Part shown: positions 39,001-49,869 of the stretch, piece after piece | Numbering within the stretch: the stretch's first letter is position 1 | Layout: each line of letters opens with the position of its first letter | Assembly (NCBI RefSeq): GCF_003334785.1 | Contig: NZ_QOWV01000002.1 | Length of the DNA stretch: 64,000 nt | Source: Escherichia coli | GTDB taxonomy: Bacteria > Pseudomonadota > Gammaproteobacteria > Enterobacterales > Enterobacteriaceae | Strand: one strand, 5' to 3' | The notes under the pieces: model-generated | What the model saw: only the letters and a program-made list of their open reading frames with translations | Database searches by the model: none | Told to the model about the DNA's origin: nothing | Made by a program: the position numbers and the translations under genes

Positions 39001-39972
39001 TTATTTACTGTTGTATAACAAAGTTATAACACCATCCACTACCTGAGCCATTTTCTGATAATTCAATCTGTCTGCGGTATCACCGGGCAAGTGGTATTGT
39101 TTATTACGATAAAAAGCGGTGTCAGTAATCATTATGGCGGGAATATCGTGTTGCCAATAATTCAGGTGGTCAGAGAAATCAATACCGGGAATAAACCCTG
39201 GGGTATTCATAGAATAAACAGATAAATCCTGAGATGACAACAATGCCGCTTTTACCTGACGAACGGCGTTGATATCCTGTATTCTGCCGACCACGGCAAT
39301 AAAGTCTCCCCGATCGGGATAAAGCCAGGACATTGCCGGGTAAGGGTAATTCTGGCTTCCAGGCGCAGAGTCGTAATAGCCAATCATCTCCAGTGCTATC
39401 ATTAATTTCACTGGACGCTCAAGCGAAGCTGCATGCACCGCGCTCCCCATTTCATCGCTACGAAAGAAGGGCGGTTCTTCCGACGCATAGGCGACCAGCT
39501 GCACGCCTGTTTTCGGTACTTGCTGATGTAACAAACGTGCCAGTTCGAGTAATCCTGCCACACCGCTGGCGTTATCATCCGCGCCCGGCGTATAGGTCAA
39601 TTGATCGTTTTCATAACTGCTGGCAGAGTCATAATGCGCACCAATAATAATCAGCGGTCCATCGGCAGGACCATAATCAGCAACAATGTTTTTGTAGGGG
39701 CCACCCGTAATGGGGACGTCCTGCGAGGTAACTCTGGCACCGCTACTGACAAAGACCTCTTTTATATATTCTGCGGACCTATTCAGATTATCAATATTGT
39801 CGGCACTACGTGGATGCACAGTTTGTGTAAGATAACGAACTGTTTTTTCTAATTGCTCAGGACTTGCGTGTCGGGGCGTTGACGGTAATGCATTGACCCA
39901 GGGTTGGTAAAAAATAATCATAGGGAGTAAAAACACAAATAATATAATAAAAGCAAAGATTATTTTTTTCAT
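39001..39972 (-). CDS. yfbL: Membrane-anchored M28-family zinc peptidase-like protein YfbL (~323 aa)
   Basis: N-terminal hydrophobic helix; M28 signature GADDNASGVAGLLELA and ASEEPPFF (Glu-Glu) in translation; start at 39972 or 39978. Confidence 0.85.
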   Translation of the reverse strand: MKKIIFAFIILFVFLLPMIIFYQPWVNALPSTPRHASPEQLEKTVRYLTQTVHPRSADNIDNLNRSAEYIKEVFVSSGARVTSQDVPITGGPYKNIVADYGPADGPLIIIGAHYDSASSYENDQLTYTPGADDNASGVAGLLELARLLHQQVPKTGVQLVAYASEEPPFFRSDEMGSAVHAASLERPVKLMIALEMIGYYDSAPGSQNYPYPAMSWLYPDRGDFIAVVGRIQDINAVRQVKAALLSSQDLSVYSMNTPGFIPGIDFSDHLNYWQHDIPAIMITDTAFYRNKQYHLPGDTADRLNYQKMAQVVDGVITLLYNSK

Positions 39973-40109
39973 ATGCAAATTATTAATGGGTTGCGTTGTT
40001 GAATCATTATTTGCTATGGGTTTCGATATTGTATTTTATTAAGATTAGCAGGATTATACAAAGAGTATATTTTATGTCTGGTGCCTGAGTTTATTTAAAA
40101 GGATTTTAT

Positions 40110-41837
40110 ATGCGAAATAAAAATATAATCATGTTGCTTATGAGTAGTTTGATTTTGTCAGGATGTGGGCCGCAACCTGAGAATAAGGAAAGTCAGCAAC
40201 AACAACCCAGTACTCCCACAGAGCAGCAAGTGCTTGCCGCGCAGCAAGCTGCAATAAAAGAGGCTGAGCAAAGCGCCGCCGCCGCGAAAGCCTTGGCCCA
40301 GCAAGAAGTGCAACAATATTCAGACAAACAGGCTTTACAGGGGCGATTGCAGGAAGCGCCAACATTTGCAAGAGCGGCTAAAGCAAAAGCTACACATATC
40401 GCAAATCCAGGAACCGCTCGCTACCAGCAGTTCGATGATAATCCGGTTAAGCAGGTAGCGCAAAATCCGTTGGCGACGTTTAGTCTTGACGTTGACACTG
40501 GCAGTTATGCGAATGTAAGGCGTTTCCTCAATCAAGGGCTGTTACCTCCGCCAGACGCTGTGCGGGTGGAGGAGATAGTCAATTATTTCCCGTCTGATTG
40601 GGATATCAAAGACAAACAATCTATTCCGGCCTCTAAGCCAATACCTTTCGCTATGCGCTACGAATTGGCACCTGCACCATGGAATGAACAGCGAACATTG
40701 CTGAAAGTTGATATCCTGGCGAAAGATCGCAAAAGTGAAGAGTTACCAGCTTCTAATCTGGTCTTTCTTATCGACACTTCTGGTTCAATGATTTCTGATG
40801 AACGTTTGCCACTTATCCAGTCTTCGTTGAAATTATTGGTCAAAGAACTTCGTGAGCAGGATAACATTGCCATCGTGACCTACGCTGGCGACTCCCGTAT
40901 TGCATTGCCTTCTATCTCCGGGAGTCATAAGGCGGAAATTAATGCCGCAATTGATTCGCTGGATGCCGAAGGCAGTACCAATGGCGGTGCCGGGCTGGAA
41001 CTGGCTTATCAGCAGGCGACGAAGGGGTTTATTAAGGGCGGCATCAATCGCATTTTATTAGCCACTGACGGTGACTTTAACGTTGGCATTGACGATCCAA
41101 AATCGATTGAATCAATGGTCAAAAAACAGCGGGAGTCTGGTGTTACTCTGTCGACGTTTGGCGTGGGGAATAGCAATTACAACGAGGCAATGATGGTGCG
41201 AATTGCCGATGTTGGTAACGGCAACTACAGCTACATTGATACCCTCTCTGAAGCGCAGAAAGTATTGAATAGTGAAATGCGGCAGATGTTGATTACCGTA
41301 GCAAAAGATGTCAAAGCGCAAATTGAGTTTAACCCCGCGTGGGTAACGGAATACCGTCAGATTGGTTATGAAAAGCGCCAACTTCGGGTGGAACATTTTA
41401 ATAACGACAACGTTGATGCAGGGGATATAGGCGCAGGCAAACATATAACGTTGTTATTCGAATTAACGCTGAACGGGCAAAAAGCATCAATTGATAAGTT
41501 ACGCTATGCCCCGGATAACAAATTAGCGAAATCGGACAAAACGAAAGAACTGGCCTGGTTAAAAATTCGCTGGAAATACCCGCAGGGAAAAGAAAGTCAG
41601 TTAGTTGAATTCCCGCTGGGGCCAACAATAAACGCGCCCTCTGAAGATATGCGTTTTCGCGCAGCAGTAGCTGCATATGGGCAAAAGTTACGCGGTTCTG
41701 AATACCTGAACAATACCTCCTGGCAGCAGATCAAACAGTGGGCTCAGCAGGCAAAAGGGGAAGATCCACAGGGTTACAGGGCGGAATTTATTCGCCTGAT
41801 TGAACTGGCGGATGGTGTGACTGACATCAGTCAGTGA
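40110..41837 (+). CDS. yfbK: von Willebrand factor type A domain lipoprotein YfbK (575 aa)
   Basis: Lipobox LILSGC at N-terminus; Q/A-rich low-complexity linker; MIDAS motif DTSGS (nt 40774-40788). Confidence 0.88.
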   Translation: MRNKNIIMLLMSSLILSGCGPQPENKESQQQQPSTPTEQQVLAAQQAAIKEAEQSAAAAKALAQQEVQQYSDKQALQGRLQEAPTFARAAKAKATHIANPGTARYQQFDDNPVKQVAQNPLATFSLDVDTGSYANVRRFLNQGLLPPPDAVRVEEIVNYFPSDWDIKDKQSIPASKPIPFAMRYELAPAPWNEQRTLLKVDILAKDRKSEELPASNLVFLIDTSGSMISDERLPLIQSSLKLLVKELREQDNIAIVTYAGDSRIALPSISGSHKAEINAAIDSLDAEGSTNGGAGLELAYQQATKGFIKGGINRILLATDGDFNVGIDDPKSIESMVKKQRESGVTLSTFGVGNSNYNEAMMVRIADVGNGNYSYIDTLSEAQKVLNSEMRQMLITVAKDVKAQIEFNPAWVTEYRQIGYEKRQLRVEHFNNDNVDAGDIGAGKHITLLFELTLNGQKASIDKLRYAPDNKLAKSDKTKELAWLKIRWKYPQGKESQLVEFPLGPTINAPSEDMRFRAAVAAYGQKLRGSEYLNNTSWQQIKQWAQQAKGEDPQGYRAEFIRLIELADGVTDISQ

Positions 41838-41857
41838 TGACTGTTTAGCAAACTATG

Positions 41858-41891
41858 TTCGACCAGTCAGCATATTTGCTGACTGGTCGAA
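41858..41891. terminator. Bidirectional terminator between convergent yfbK and elaD
   Basis: Near-perfect 14-15-bp inverted repeat TTCGACCAGTCAGCA-tattt-GCTGACTGGTCGAA with AT-rich flanks. Confidence 0.75.
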
Positions 41892-41907
41892 TTAATTAAC
41901 AATGATG

Positions 41908-43118
41908 TTAACTCACTCTTTTGCCGGATGCTCTATTTTTGGGTTGTGAGTGTTTTATTTCTAAGTTTCTATAATAATGATTGATATTTGCATCGCCATA
42001 TTTATCTAAATAACAATTTCTGTTTGCCAGTCGATGTTGAAAATCAATTTCGTACTGCTCTTCTGCTGAATATTTTTTAAATCTGTCAGCATAGTTTTTT
42101 AATAATGTATAGGGGGCGCTGTCAGAATTGCTTTCCCTTTGTTCAATCACTTCCTGGGCTGCCATGCACACAAATGCACCGCAACTTTGGCTTAAGTATT
42201 GCTGAAGATCGGCATGTAAAAATATTATCTCTGGTTCATTTAAATGAACTTTTATATTATTATTCGACATTTCTCCCATGAGTTCAGAATTAAAACTATT
42301 AATGACACGCTTAAGTGAATTTTCTTTATCATAGCCTAGTGCACGCAATGAGTTGAATATGACGCATTTTATTTGTAGTTTATTATTTTTTTATTTACTA
42401 TTTTCTGTAGCGAAACTAATATCCAGTGTCCGCCAGTATTTATGGGGAATAACTGGACTTCATTCGGCCATGATGGATCGCTCTTAATATTTTCATTGAG
42501 AGCGTCTTCCAGGTGAGTTCTGGTGGAGTAGGGGACGTAGAGACCAGTAGGATAATTGACTTGAGTATTTTTTGCATTAGCGGCGATCTTCTGAAGATAG
42601 CAAGCTATTTCATCTGTGGTTAATTGACGATTTTTATCCCAGAAGTTTGTACCATCACTCAGTTCATTATTCTCATCATTTAAAAGCACCTTTGAAAGCG
42701 ACTGTTTTTCAGATATAAGAGGAATTTCATCACCGATAATTGTCATTAATTTCGAAGGGGAGAATAGTTTTTTGAACAGGAGATCATCTGAATCATGTGA
42801 TTTGAGGGGGGAGTTGGTTGCGATATGTGCCAGATTATATAATTTTAAACAAGCATTTTTGATAAGTCGGATAATCGATAGGGTCTCATTTGTTGGGGTT
42901 CTAACAATATGGTAAAGAATATCTTCAGCTTCTTTCCCAAATTTATCATAACCTAACGCAATATTATGCAGTAACTCAATGCTTTCTTCATCTCCGGATA
43001 ACGCTGTTTTTTTTAAAGACTGCAGTAATTCCTCGGTCACAGTAAATTTTTCTGCAAATGTCTGACTGAGTTGCGTTTGAGATAATTGACAATAATTGCT
43101 GACAACTGTAACCATCAT
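41908..43118 (-). pseudogene. elaD: elaD (CE-clan deubiquitinase-like cysteine protease) disrupted by a -1 frameshift in an A7 run; two ORFs of 249 aa (42369..43118) and 146 aa (41908..42348)
   Basis: ORF track shows two adjacent minus-strand ORFs in different frames; adding one A to the coding-strand run at 42386-42392 restores a continuous 403-aa ORF; span is 1211 nt (not a multiple of 3). Confidence 0.85.
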
Positions 43119-43305
43119 GGGCTCCTTTTAGTTGCAAAGGTTGTGCTGAATCAAGATGAAAAGAGGCAACTTATTGCTCTGAATATAGTGCGTAAGGAGA
43201 TGAATAAATATCAAAAATCGCTCAATATGCCTGTGTGGGTGGATATATGTAGCGCGGGTTGCGATAACAGGGCAAGTTTCGCCCTGTTTTTAATAATAAG
43301 CAGAG

Positions 43306-44223
43306 TTAAACGTTAAACACGGTGAAATCATTCGCCAGTTCAGTCGCCGGGAAAATTGACCTGCATTCACGTAACAGGTGCTGACAACCTTTGTCATCAT
43401 AGCGCGAGCTGACGTGGGTAATGATTAGCTTGCCGACTCCAGCCTCACGGGCTAGTGTCGCAGCCTGGCGTGTAGAGCTATGGCCGCGACTATTGGCTTT
43501 GGCTTCCATGGTTATATCCAGCGTCGCTTCGTGCACCATGACATCGACACCTTTAGCCAGGTCAAGTGCGGCATCGCAGGGGCCGGTATCGCCGAAAATA
43601 GCGAGCGCTTTACCTGGCACTGGAGCAGCTAAGTAATCTGCGCCGTTAATCTGCCTTCCATCTTCCAGCGTGATTGTTTTGCCCGCTTTTAATTCCTGAA
43701 ACAGTGGGCCAGGCGGCACGCCAGCAGCTTTTAATGCCTGGGCATTTAATGCACCCGGTTTATCATGTTCTTCAATACGATAGCCATAACATTCCAGTGG
43801 GTGTTCCAGCGGATAAGCGGTTACTTTGCGCAGGCCATCATCGAGAATTTCGCCAGCGCCAATTTCGACAATTTCCAGCGGATAATCGGTCCATGAGCCG
43901 CTAATCCGCAGCGCGGTTTCCACAAATTCACGGATACCTTGCGGACCATAAATCGTTAAGGGTTGGATAATGCCTGACATAGAACGACTGCACAGCAAGC
44001 CGGGTAAACCAAAAAGATGATCGCCATGAAGGTGACTGATAAAAATCTTGTCCAGTTTTCCAGGGTTAAAGGCGGTATGCAGTAGCTGATGCTGGGTGCC
44101 TTCACCGCAGTCAAACAACCAAAGTCCGCTCTGGGTCGGATGTTGCAGGTTAAGCAATATTGCCGTGACATTGCGCGTGCGGGTTGGCACACCGGCTGAA
44201 GTACCTAAAAAAATTAATTCCAT
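43306..44223 (-). CDS. rbn: RNase BN / RNase Z (metallo-beta-lactamase fold, ~305 aa)
   Basis: HxHxDH motif (HLHGDHLFG) in translation; start placed at [11 protein letters not shown]; ORF track start is 44241. Confidence 0.9.
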
Positions 44224-44287
44224 GAGTTCATCACGTTTCAAAAAATATTCCGGCTAGTATAAGGCATACATCTAAAAGGAGAGCATT

Positions 44288-44749
44288 ATGATTGAATGGC
44301 AAGATCTGCATCACTCTGAATTATCGGTTTCCCAGCTTTATGCCTTATTACAACTGCGTTGCGCGGTGTTTGTTGTCGAGCAGAATTGCCCTTATCAGGA
44401 TATCGATGGTGATGATTTGACGGGGGATAATCGCCATATTCTCGGTTGGAAAAATGATGAACTGGTGGCGTATGCGAGGATTCTGAAAAGTGATGATGAT
44501 CTTGAGCCGGTCGTTATAGGTCGGGTGATTGTCAGTGAAGCGTTGCGTGGCGAAAAAGTGGGGCAGCAGCTGATGAGTAAAACACTCGAAACATGTACGC
44601 ATCACTGGCCTGATAAGCCTGTTTACCTCGGGGCGCAGGCGCATCTGCAAAACTTCTACCAGAGTTTCGGTTTTATCCCTGTGACGGAGGTCTATGAAGA
44701 AGATGGTATCCCACACATTGGGATGGCACGCGAGGTAATTCAGGCGTAA
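44288..44749 (+). CDS. elaA: GNAT-family N-acetyltransferase ElaA (153 aa)
   Basis: ORF 44288..44749; K-12 synteny. Confidence 0.9.
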   Translation: MIEWQDLHHSELSVSQLYALLQLRCAVFVVEQNCPYQDIDGDDLTGDNRHILGWKNDELVAYARILKSDDDLEPVVIGRVIVSEALRGEKVGQQLMSKTLETCTHHWPDKPVYLGAQAHLQNFYQSFGFIPVTEVYEEDGIPHIGMAREVIQA

Positions 44750-44803
44750 TCAACAACCCTTGTCTATAGTTAGTGACAGGTTTTACGCAAATGGAGAACG
44801 AGA

Positions 44804-45109
44804 ATGTCTAATCAGTTTGGTGATACACGTATCGATGACGACCTGACGCTGCTTAGTGAAACACTGGAAGAGGTGCTCCGCTCCTCTGGCGATCCCGCCG
44901 ATCAGAAATATGTTGAGCTGAAAGCGCGTGCAGAAAAAGCGCTGGATGATGTGAAAAAACGGGTTAGCCAGGCTTCAGACAGTTATTACTATCGGGCGAA
45001 GCAGGCAGTTTATCGTGCTGATGACTACGTCCACGAAAAACCCTGGCAAGGAATTGGTGTGGGCGCGGCCGTTGGGCTGGTACTAGGACTGTTGCTGGCA
45101 CGCCGTTAA
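44804..45109 (+). CDS. elaB: Ribosome-associated tail-anchored membrane protein ElaB (DUF883, 101 aa)
   Basis: ORF 44804..45109; C-terminal hydrophobic anchor GIGVGAAVGLVLGLLLARR. Confidence 0.9.
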   Translation: MSNQFGDTRIDDDLTLLSETLEEVLRSSGDPADQKYVELKARAEKALDDVKKRVSQASDSYYYRAKQAVYRADDYVHEKPWQGIGVGAAVGLVLGLLLARR

Positions 45110-45187
45110 AACCTCCCTACACCGGGGTACTGCATTTTTTTTGTAGTACCCCGTATAATGTGAGGCTTTTAACAGGGAGAGGTCCGC

Positions 45188-46483
45188 GTGCAATCACTTA
45201 CTACGGCGCTGGAAAATCTACTGCGCCATTTGTCGCAAGAGATTCCGGCGACACCCGGCATTCGGGTTATCGATATTCCTTTCCCTCTCAAAGACGCTTT
45301 TGATGCCTTGAGCTGGCTGGCCAGTCAGCAAACATACCCGCAATTCTACTGGCAACAACGTAATGGTGATGAAGAAGCTGTCGTCCTGGGCGCGATTACC
45401 CGTTTTACGTCGTTGGACCAGGCACAACGTTTTCTTCGCCAGCACCCGGAACACGCCGACTTACGCATTTGGGGGCTGAATGCTTTTGACCCGTCGCAGG
45501 GCAATTTACTTTTACCCCGCCTGGAATGGCGACGCTGTGGCGGTAAAGCCACGCTGCGGCTGACGCTATTCAGCGAAAGCTCCCTTCAGCACGATGCGAT
45601 TCAGGCAAAAGAATTTATCGCCACACTGGTGAGTATCAAGCCCTTGCCTGGGTTACATTTAACCACCACGCGAGAACAACACTGGCCGGACAAAACGGGC
45701 TGGACGCAATTAATCGAACTGGCAACGAAAACCATCGCCGAAGGTGAGCTCGACAAAGTGGTGCTCGCTCGGGCAACTGACCTGCATTTCGCAAGTCCGG
45801 TCAACGCGGCGGCGATGATGGCTGCCAGTCGTCGACTGAATCTGAATTGCTACCATTTTTACATGGCCTTTGATGGCGAAAATGCTTTTCTTGGCTCTTC
45901 ACCGGAACGGTTATGGCGGCGGCGTGACAAAGCGCTGCGTACTGAAGCGCTGGCGGGAACAGTAGCAAATAATCCTGATGATAAGCAGGCGCAGCAGTTA
46001 GGAGAGTGGCTGATGGCGGATGATAAAAACCAGCGCGAGAACATGCTGGTGGTGGAAGATATCTGTCAACGATTACAGGCCGATACCCAGACGCTGGATG
46101 TTTTACCGCCGCAGGTACTGCGTCTGCGTAAAGTGCAGCATCTTCGCCGCTGTATCTGGACTTCACTCAACAAAGCGGATGATGTGATCTGTTTACATCA
46201 GTTGCAGCCAACGGCAGCAGTTGCTGGCTTACCGCGCGATCTGGCGCGACAGTTTATCGCCCGTCACGAACCGTTCACCCGAGAATGGTACGCCGGTTCT
46301 GCGGGCTATCTCTCATTACAACAAAGCGAATTCTGCGTTTCCCTGCGCTCAGCAAAAATTAGCGGCAATGTCGTGCGATTATATGCTGGCGCGGGCATTG
46401 TCCGTGGTTCCGACCCCGAGCAAGAGTGGCAGGAAATCGACAACAAAGCGGCAGGGCTGCGTACTTTATTACAAATGGAATAG
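45188..46483 (+). CDS. menF: Isochorismate synthase MenF (431 aa)
   Basis: ORF 45188..46483, GTG start; first gene of menaquinone cluster. Confidence 0.93.
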   Translation: MQSLTTALENLLRHLSQEIPATPGIRVIDIPFPLKDAFDALSWLASQQTYPQFYWQQRNGDEEAVVLGAITRFTSLDQAQRFLRQHPEHADLRIWGLNAFDPSQGNLLLPRLEWRRCGGKATLRLTLFSESSLQHDAIQAKEFIATLVSIKPLPGLHLTTTREQHWPDKTGWTQLIELATKTIAEGELDKVVLARATDLHFASPVNAAAMMAASRRLNLNCYHFYMAFDGENAFLGSSPERLWRRRDKALRTEALAGTVANNPDDKQAQQLGEWLMADDKNQRENMLVVEDICQRLQADTQTLDVLPPQVLRLRKVQHLRRCIWTSLNKADDVICLHQLQPTAAVAGLPRDLARQFIARHEPFTREWYAGSAGYLSLQQSEFCVSLRSAKISGNVVRLYAGAGIVRGSDPEQEWQEIDNKAAGLRTLLQME

Positions 46484-46571
46484 TAATGAGTCGCATCATT
46501 ACCGATTCATATCAATAATCTATTTTTGTAGCTCCTTATACTTAGCCGCAATATTGATACCGGACAAACTC

Positions 46572-48242
46572 ATGTCAGTAAGCGCATTTAACCGACGCTG
46601 GGCGGCGGTCATTCTGGAAGCATTAACGCGTCACGGCGTCAGACACATCTGTATCGCCCCAGGCTCGCGTTCTACACCGTTAACGTTAGCGGCGGCGGAG
46701 AATTCCGCATTCATTCACCACACCCATTTCGATGAGCGTGGGTTGGGGCATCTGGCGCTGGGGCTGGCGAAAGTCAGCAAGCAGCCGGTGGCGGTGATTG
46801 TGACCTCCGGCACGGCGGTGGCAAATCTCTATCCGGCACTGATTGAAGCCGGGTTAACCGGAGAAAAACTGATTCTCTTAACCGCCGATCGCCCGCCGGA
46901 GCTAATTGACTGCGGCGCGAATCAGGCAATTCGCCAGCCGGGAATGTTCGCCTCTCACCCCACGCACAGTATTTCATTGCCGCGCCCGACCCAGGATATC
47001 CCCGCACGTTGGCTGGTTTCTACCATCGACCACGCTCTCGGTACGCTTCATGCGGGGGGAGTCCATATCAACTGCCCGTTTGCTGAACCGCTGTATGGCG
47101 AAATGGACGATACCGGGCTTAGCTGGCAACAGCGTCTGGGTGACTGGTGGCAGGACGACAAACCGTGGCTGCGTGAAGCGCCTCGTCTGGAAAGTGAAAA
47201 ACAGCGCGACTGGTTCTTCTGGCGACAAAAGCGCGGCGTGGTGGTTGCCGGGCGCATGAGTGCGGAAGAGGGCAAAAAAGTTGCCCTGTGGGCGCAAACT
47301 CTTGGCTGGCCGCTGATTGGCGATGTGCTGTCACAAACCGGGCAGCCGCTGCCGTGTGCCGATCTTTGGTTAGGCAATGCCAAAGCGACCAGCGAGCTGC
47401 AGCAGGCGCAAATTGTGGTGCAACTGGGAAGCAGCCTGACGGGGAAACGGCTCCTGCAATGGCAGGCAAGCTGTGAACCAGAAGAGTACTGGATTGTTGA
47501 TGACATTGAAGGGCGACTTGATCCGGCACACCATCGCGGACGTCGCTTAATTGCCAATATTGCCGACTGGCTGGAGCTGCATCCGGCAGAAAAACGCCAG
47601 CCCTGGTGCGTTGAAATCCCGCGCCTGGCGGAACAGGCAATGCAGGCGGTTATTGCCCGCCGTGATGCGTTTGGCGAAGCGCAACTGGCGCATCGCATCT
47701 GCGACTATCTGCCTGAACAGGGGCAATTGTTTGTTGGTAACAGCCTGGTGGTACGTCTGATTGATGCGCTTTCGCAACTTCCGGCAGGTTACCCGGTGTA
47801 CAGCAACCGTGGGGCCAGCGGTATCGACGGGCTGCTTTCGACCGCCGCCGGCGTTCAGCGGGCAAGCGGCAAACCGACGCTGGCGATTGTGGGCGATCTC
47901 TCCGCACTTTACGATCTCAACGCGCTGGCGTTATTGCGTCAGGTTTCTGCGCCGCTGGTATTAATTGTGGTGAACAACAACGGCGGGCAAATTTTCTCGC
48001 TGTTGCCAACGCCGCAAAGCGAGCGTGAGCGTTTCTATCTGATGCCGCAAAACGTCCATTTTGAGCACGCCGCCGCGATGTTCGAGCTGAAATATCATCG
48101 TCCGCAAAACTGGCAGGAACTTGAAACGGCATTTGCCGACGCCTGGCGCACGCCAACCACCACGGTGATTGAAATGGTGGTTAACGACACCGATGGTGCG
48201 CAAACGCTCCAGCAACTTCTGGCGCAGGTAAGCCATTTATGA
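46572..48242 (+). CDS. menD: SEPHCHC synthase MenD (ThDP-dependent, 556 aa)
   Basis: In-frame ATG at 46572 within the longer ORF 46221..48242; [24 protein letters not shown]-terminus. Confidence 0.93.
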   Translation: MSVSAFNRRWAAVILEALTRHGVRHICIAPGSRSTPLTLAAAENSAFIHHTHFDERGLGHLALGLAKVSKQPVAVIVTSGTAVANLYPALIEAGLTGEKLILLTADRPPELIDCGANQAIRQPGMFASHPTHSISLPRPTQDIPARWLVSTIDHALGTLHAGGVHINCPFAEPLYGEMDDTGLSWQQRLGDWWQDDKPWLREAPRLESEKQRDWFFWRQKRGVVVAGRMSAEEGKKVALWAQTLGWPLIGDVLSQTGQPLPCADLWLGNAKATSELQQAQIVVQLGSSLTGKRLLQWQASCEPEEYWIVDDIEGRLDPAHHRGRRLIANIADWLELHPAEKRQPWCVEIPRLAEQAMQAVIARRDAFGEAQLAHRICDYLPEQGQLFVGNSLVVRLIDALSQLPAGYPVYSNRGASGIDGLLSTAAGVQRASGKPTLAIVGDLSALYDLNALALLRQVSAPLVLIVVNNNGGQIFSLLPTPQSERERFYLMPQNVHFEHAAAMFELKYHRPQNWQELETAFADAWRTPTTTVIEMVVNDTDGAQTLQQLLAQVSHL

Positions 48243-48997
48243 TCCTGCACGCGCAGGCAAAACACGGAAAACCAGGTTTACCCTGGCTGGTGTTTTTGCA
48301 CGGTTTTTCCGGCGATTGCCACGAATGGCAAGAAGTGGGCGAGGCGTTTGCCGACTACTCACGGTTGTATGTTGATCTCCCAGGTCACGGTGGTTCGGCG
48401 GCGATTAGCGTCGATGGATTTGATGATGTCACCGACTTACTGCGTAAAACCTTGGTTAGTTACAACATCCTTGACTTCTGGCTGGTGGGGTACTCGCTTG
48501 GTGGACGGGTGGCGATGATGGCGGCTTGCCAGGGGCTGGCGGGGCTTTGTGGGGTTATTGTCGAAGGCGGGCATCCGGGGCTGCAAAATGCTGAACAACG
48601 TGCGGAACGTCAGCGTTCCGATCGCCAATGGGTGCAGCGTTTTCTCACAGAACCGTTAACGGCGGTATTTGCCGACTGGTATCAACAGCCTGTTTTTGCC
48701 TCACTCAATGACGATCAACGCCGGGAGCTGGTGGCGCTGCGCAGCAACAATAATGGCGCAACGCTTGCCGCCATGCTGGAGGCGACTTCTCTCGCCGTCC
48801 AGCCTGATTTACGTGCTAACCTTAGCGCCCGCACATTTGCGTTTTATTATTTATGTGGTGAACGTGACTGCAAATTCCGCGCCCTGGCGGCGGAACTGGC
48901 TGCCGACTGCCATGTCATTCCTCGCGCCGGACATAACGCGCATCGGGAAAATCCCGCTGGCGTAATCGCAAGTCTGGCGCAGATCTTGCGTTTCTGA
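48239..48997 (+). CDS. menH: SHCHC synthase MenH (alpha/beta hydrolase, 252 aa)
   Basis: ORF 48239..48997; 4-nt overlap with menD. Confidence 0.93.
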
Positions 48998-49011
48998 CTA
49001 AAGGACACAAT

Positions 49012-49869
49012 ATGATTTATCCTGATGAAGCAATGCTTTACGCACCGGTTGAATGGCACGACTGCTCCGAAGGTTTCGAGGACATTCGTTATGAAAAATC
49101 CACCGACGGTATCGCAAAAATCACCATTAATCGTCCGCAGGTGCGCAATGCCTTCCGTCCTCTGACGGTAAAAGAGATGATCCAGGCGCTGGCAGATGCG
49201 CGTTATGACGACAACATCGGCGTGATCATTCTGACTGGTGCAGGCGATAAAGCGTTCTGCTCCGGTGGTGACCAGAAAGTGCGTGGTGATTACGGCGGCT
49301 ATAAAGATGATTCCGGCGTACATCACCTGAATGTGCTGGACTTCCAGCGTCAGATCCGTACCTGTCCGAAACCGGTTGTCGCGATGGTGGCTGGCTACTC
49401 CATCGGCGGCGGTCACGTTCTGCACATGATGTGCGACCTGACTATCGCGGCAGATAATGCCATCTTCGGTCAGACTGGCCCGAAAGTCGGTTCCTTCGAC
49501 GGCGGCTGGGGCGCTTCCTACATGGCTCGCATCGTCGGGCAGAAAAAAGCGCGTGAAATCTGGTTCCTGTGCCGTCAGTACGACGCAAAACAGGCGCTGG
49601 ATATGGGCCTTGTGAACACCGTGGTACCGCTGGCGGATCTGGAAAAAGAAACCGTCCGTTGGTGCCGCGAAATGCTGCAAAACAGCCCGATGGCGCTGCG
49701 CTGCCTGAAAGCTGCACTGAACGCCGACTGTGACGGGCAGGCGGGGCTGCAGGAGCTGGCGGGCAACGCCACCATGCTGTTCTACATGACGGAAGAAGGT
49801 CAGGAAGGTCGCAACGCCTTCAACCAGAAACGTCAGCCTGACTTCAGCAAATTCAAACGGAATCCGTAA
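49012..49869 (+). CDS. menB: 1,4-dihydroxy-2-naphthoyl-CoA synthase MenB (285 aa)
   Basis: Crotonase-fold sequence; ORF 49012..49869. Confidence 0.95.

Noticed and set aside
46221-46571. Upstream extension of the menD ORF overlapping the menF 3' end
   Set aside because: The extended frame overlaps menF in another frame; the ATG at 46572 gives the expected MenD N-terminus, so the extension is not coding.
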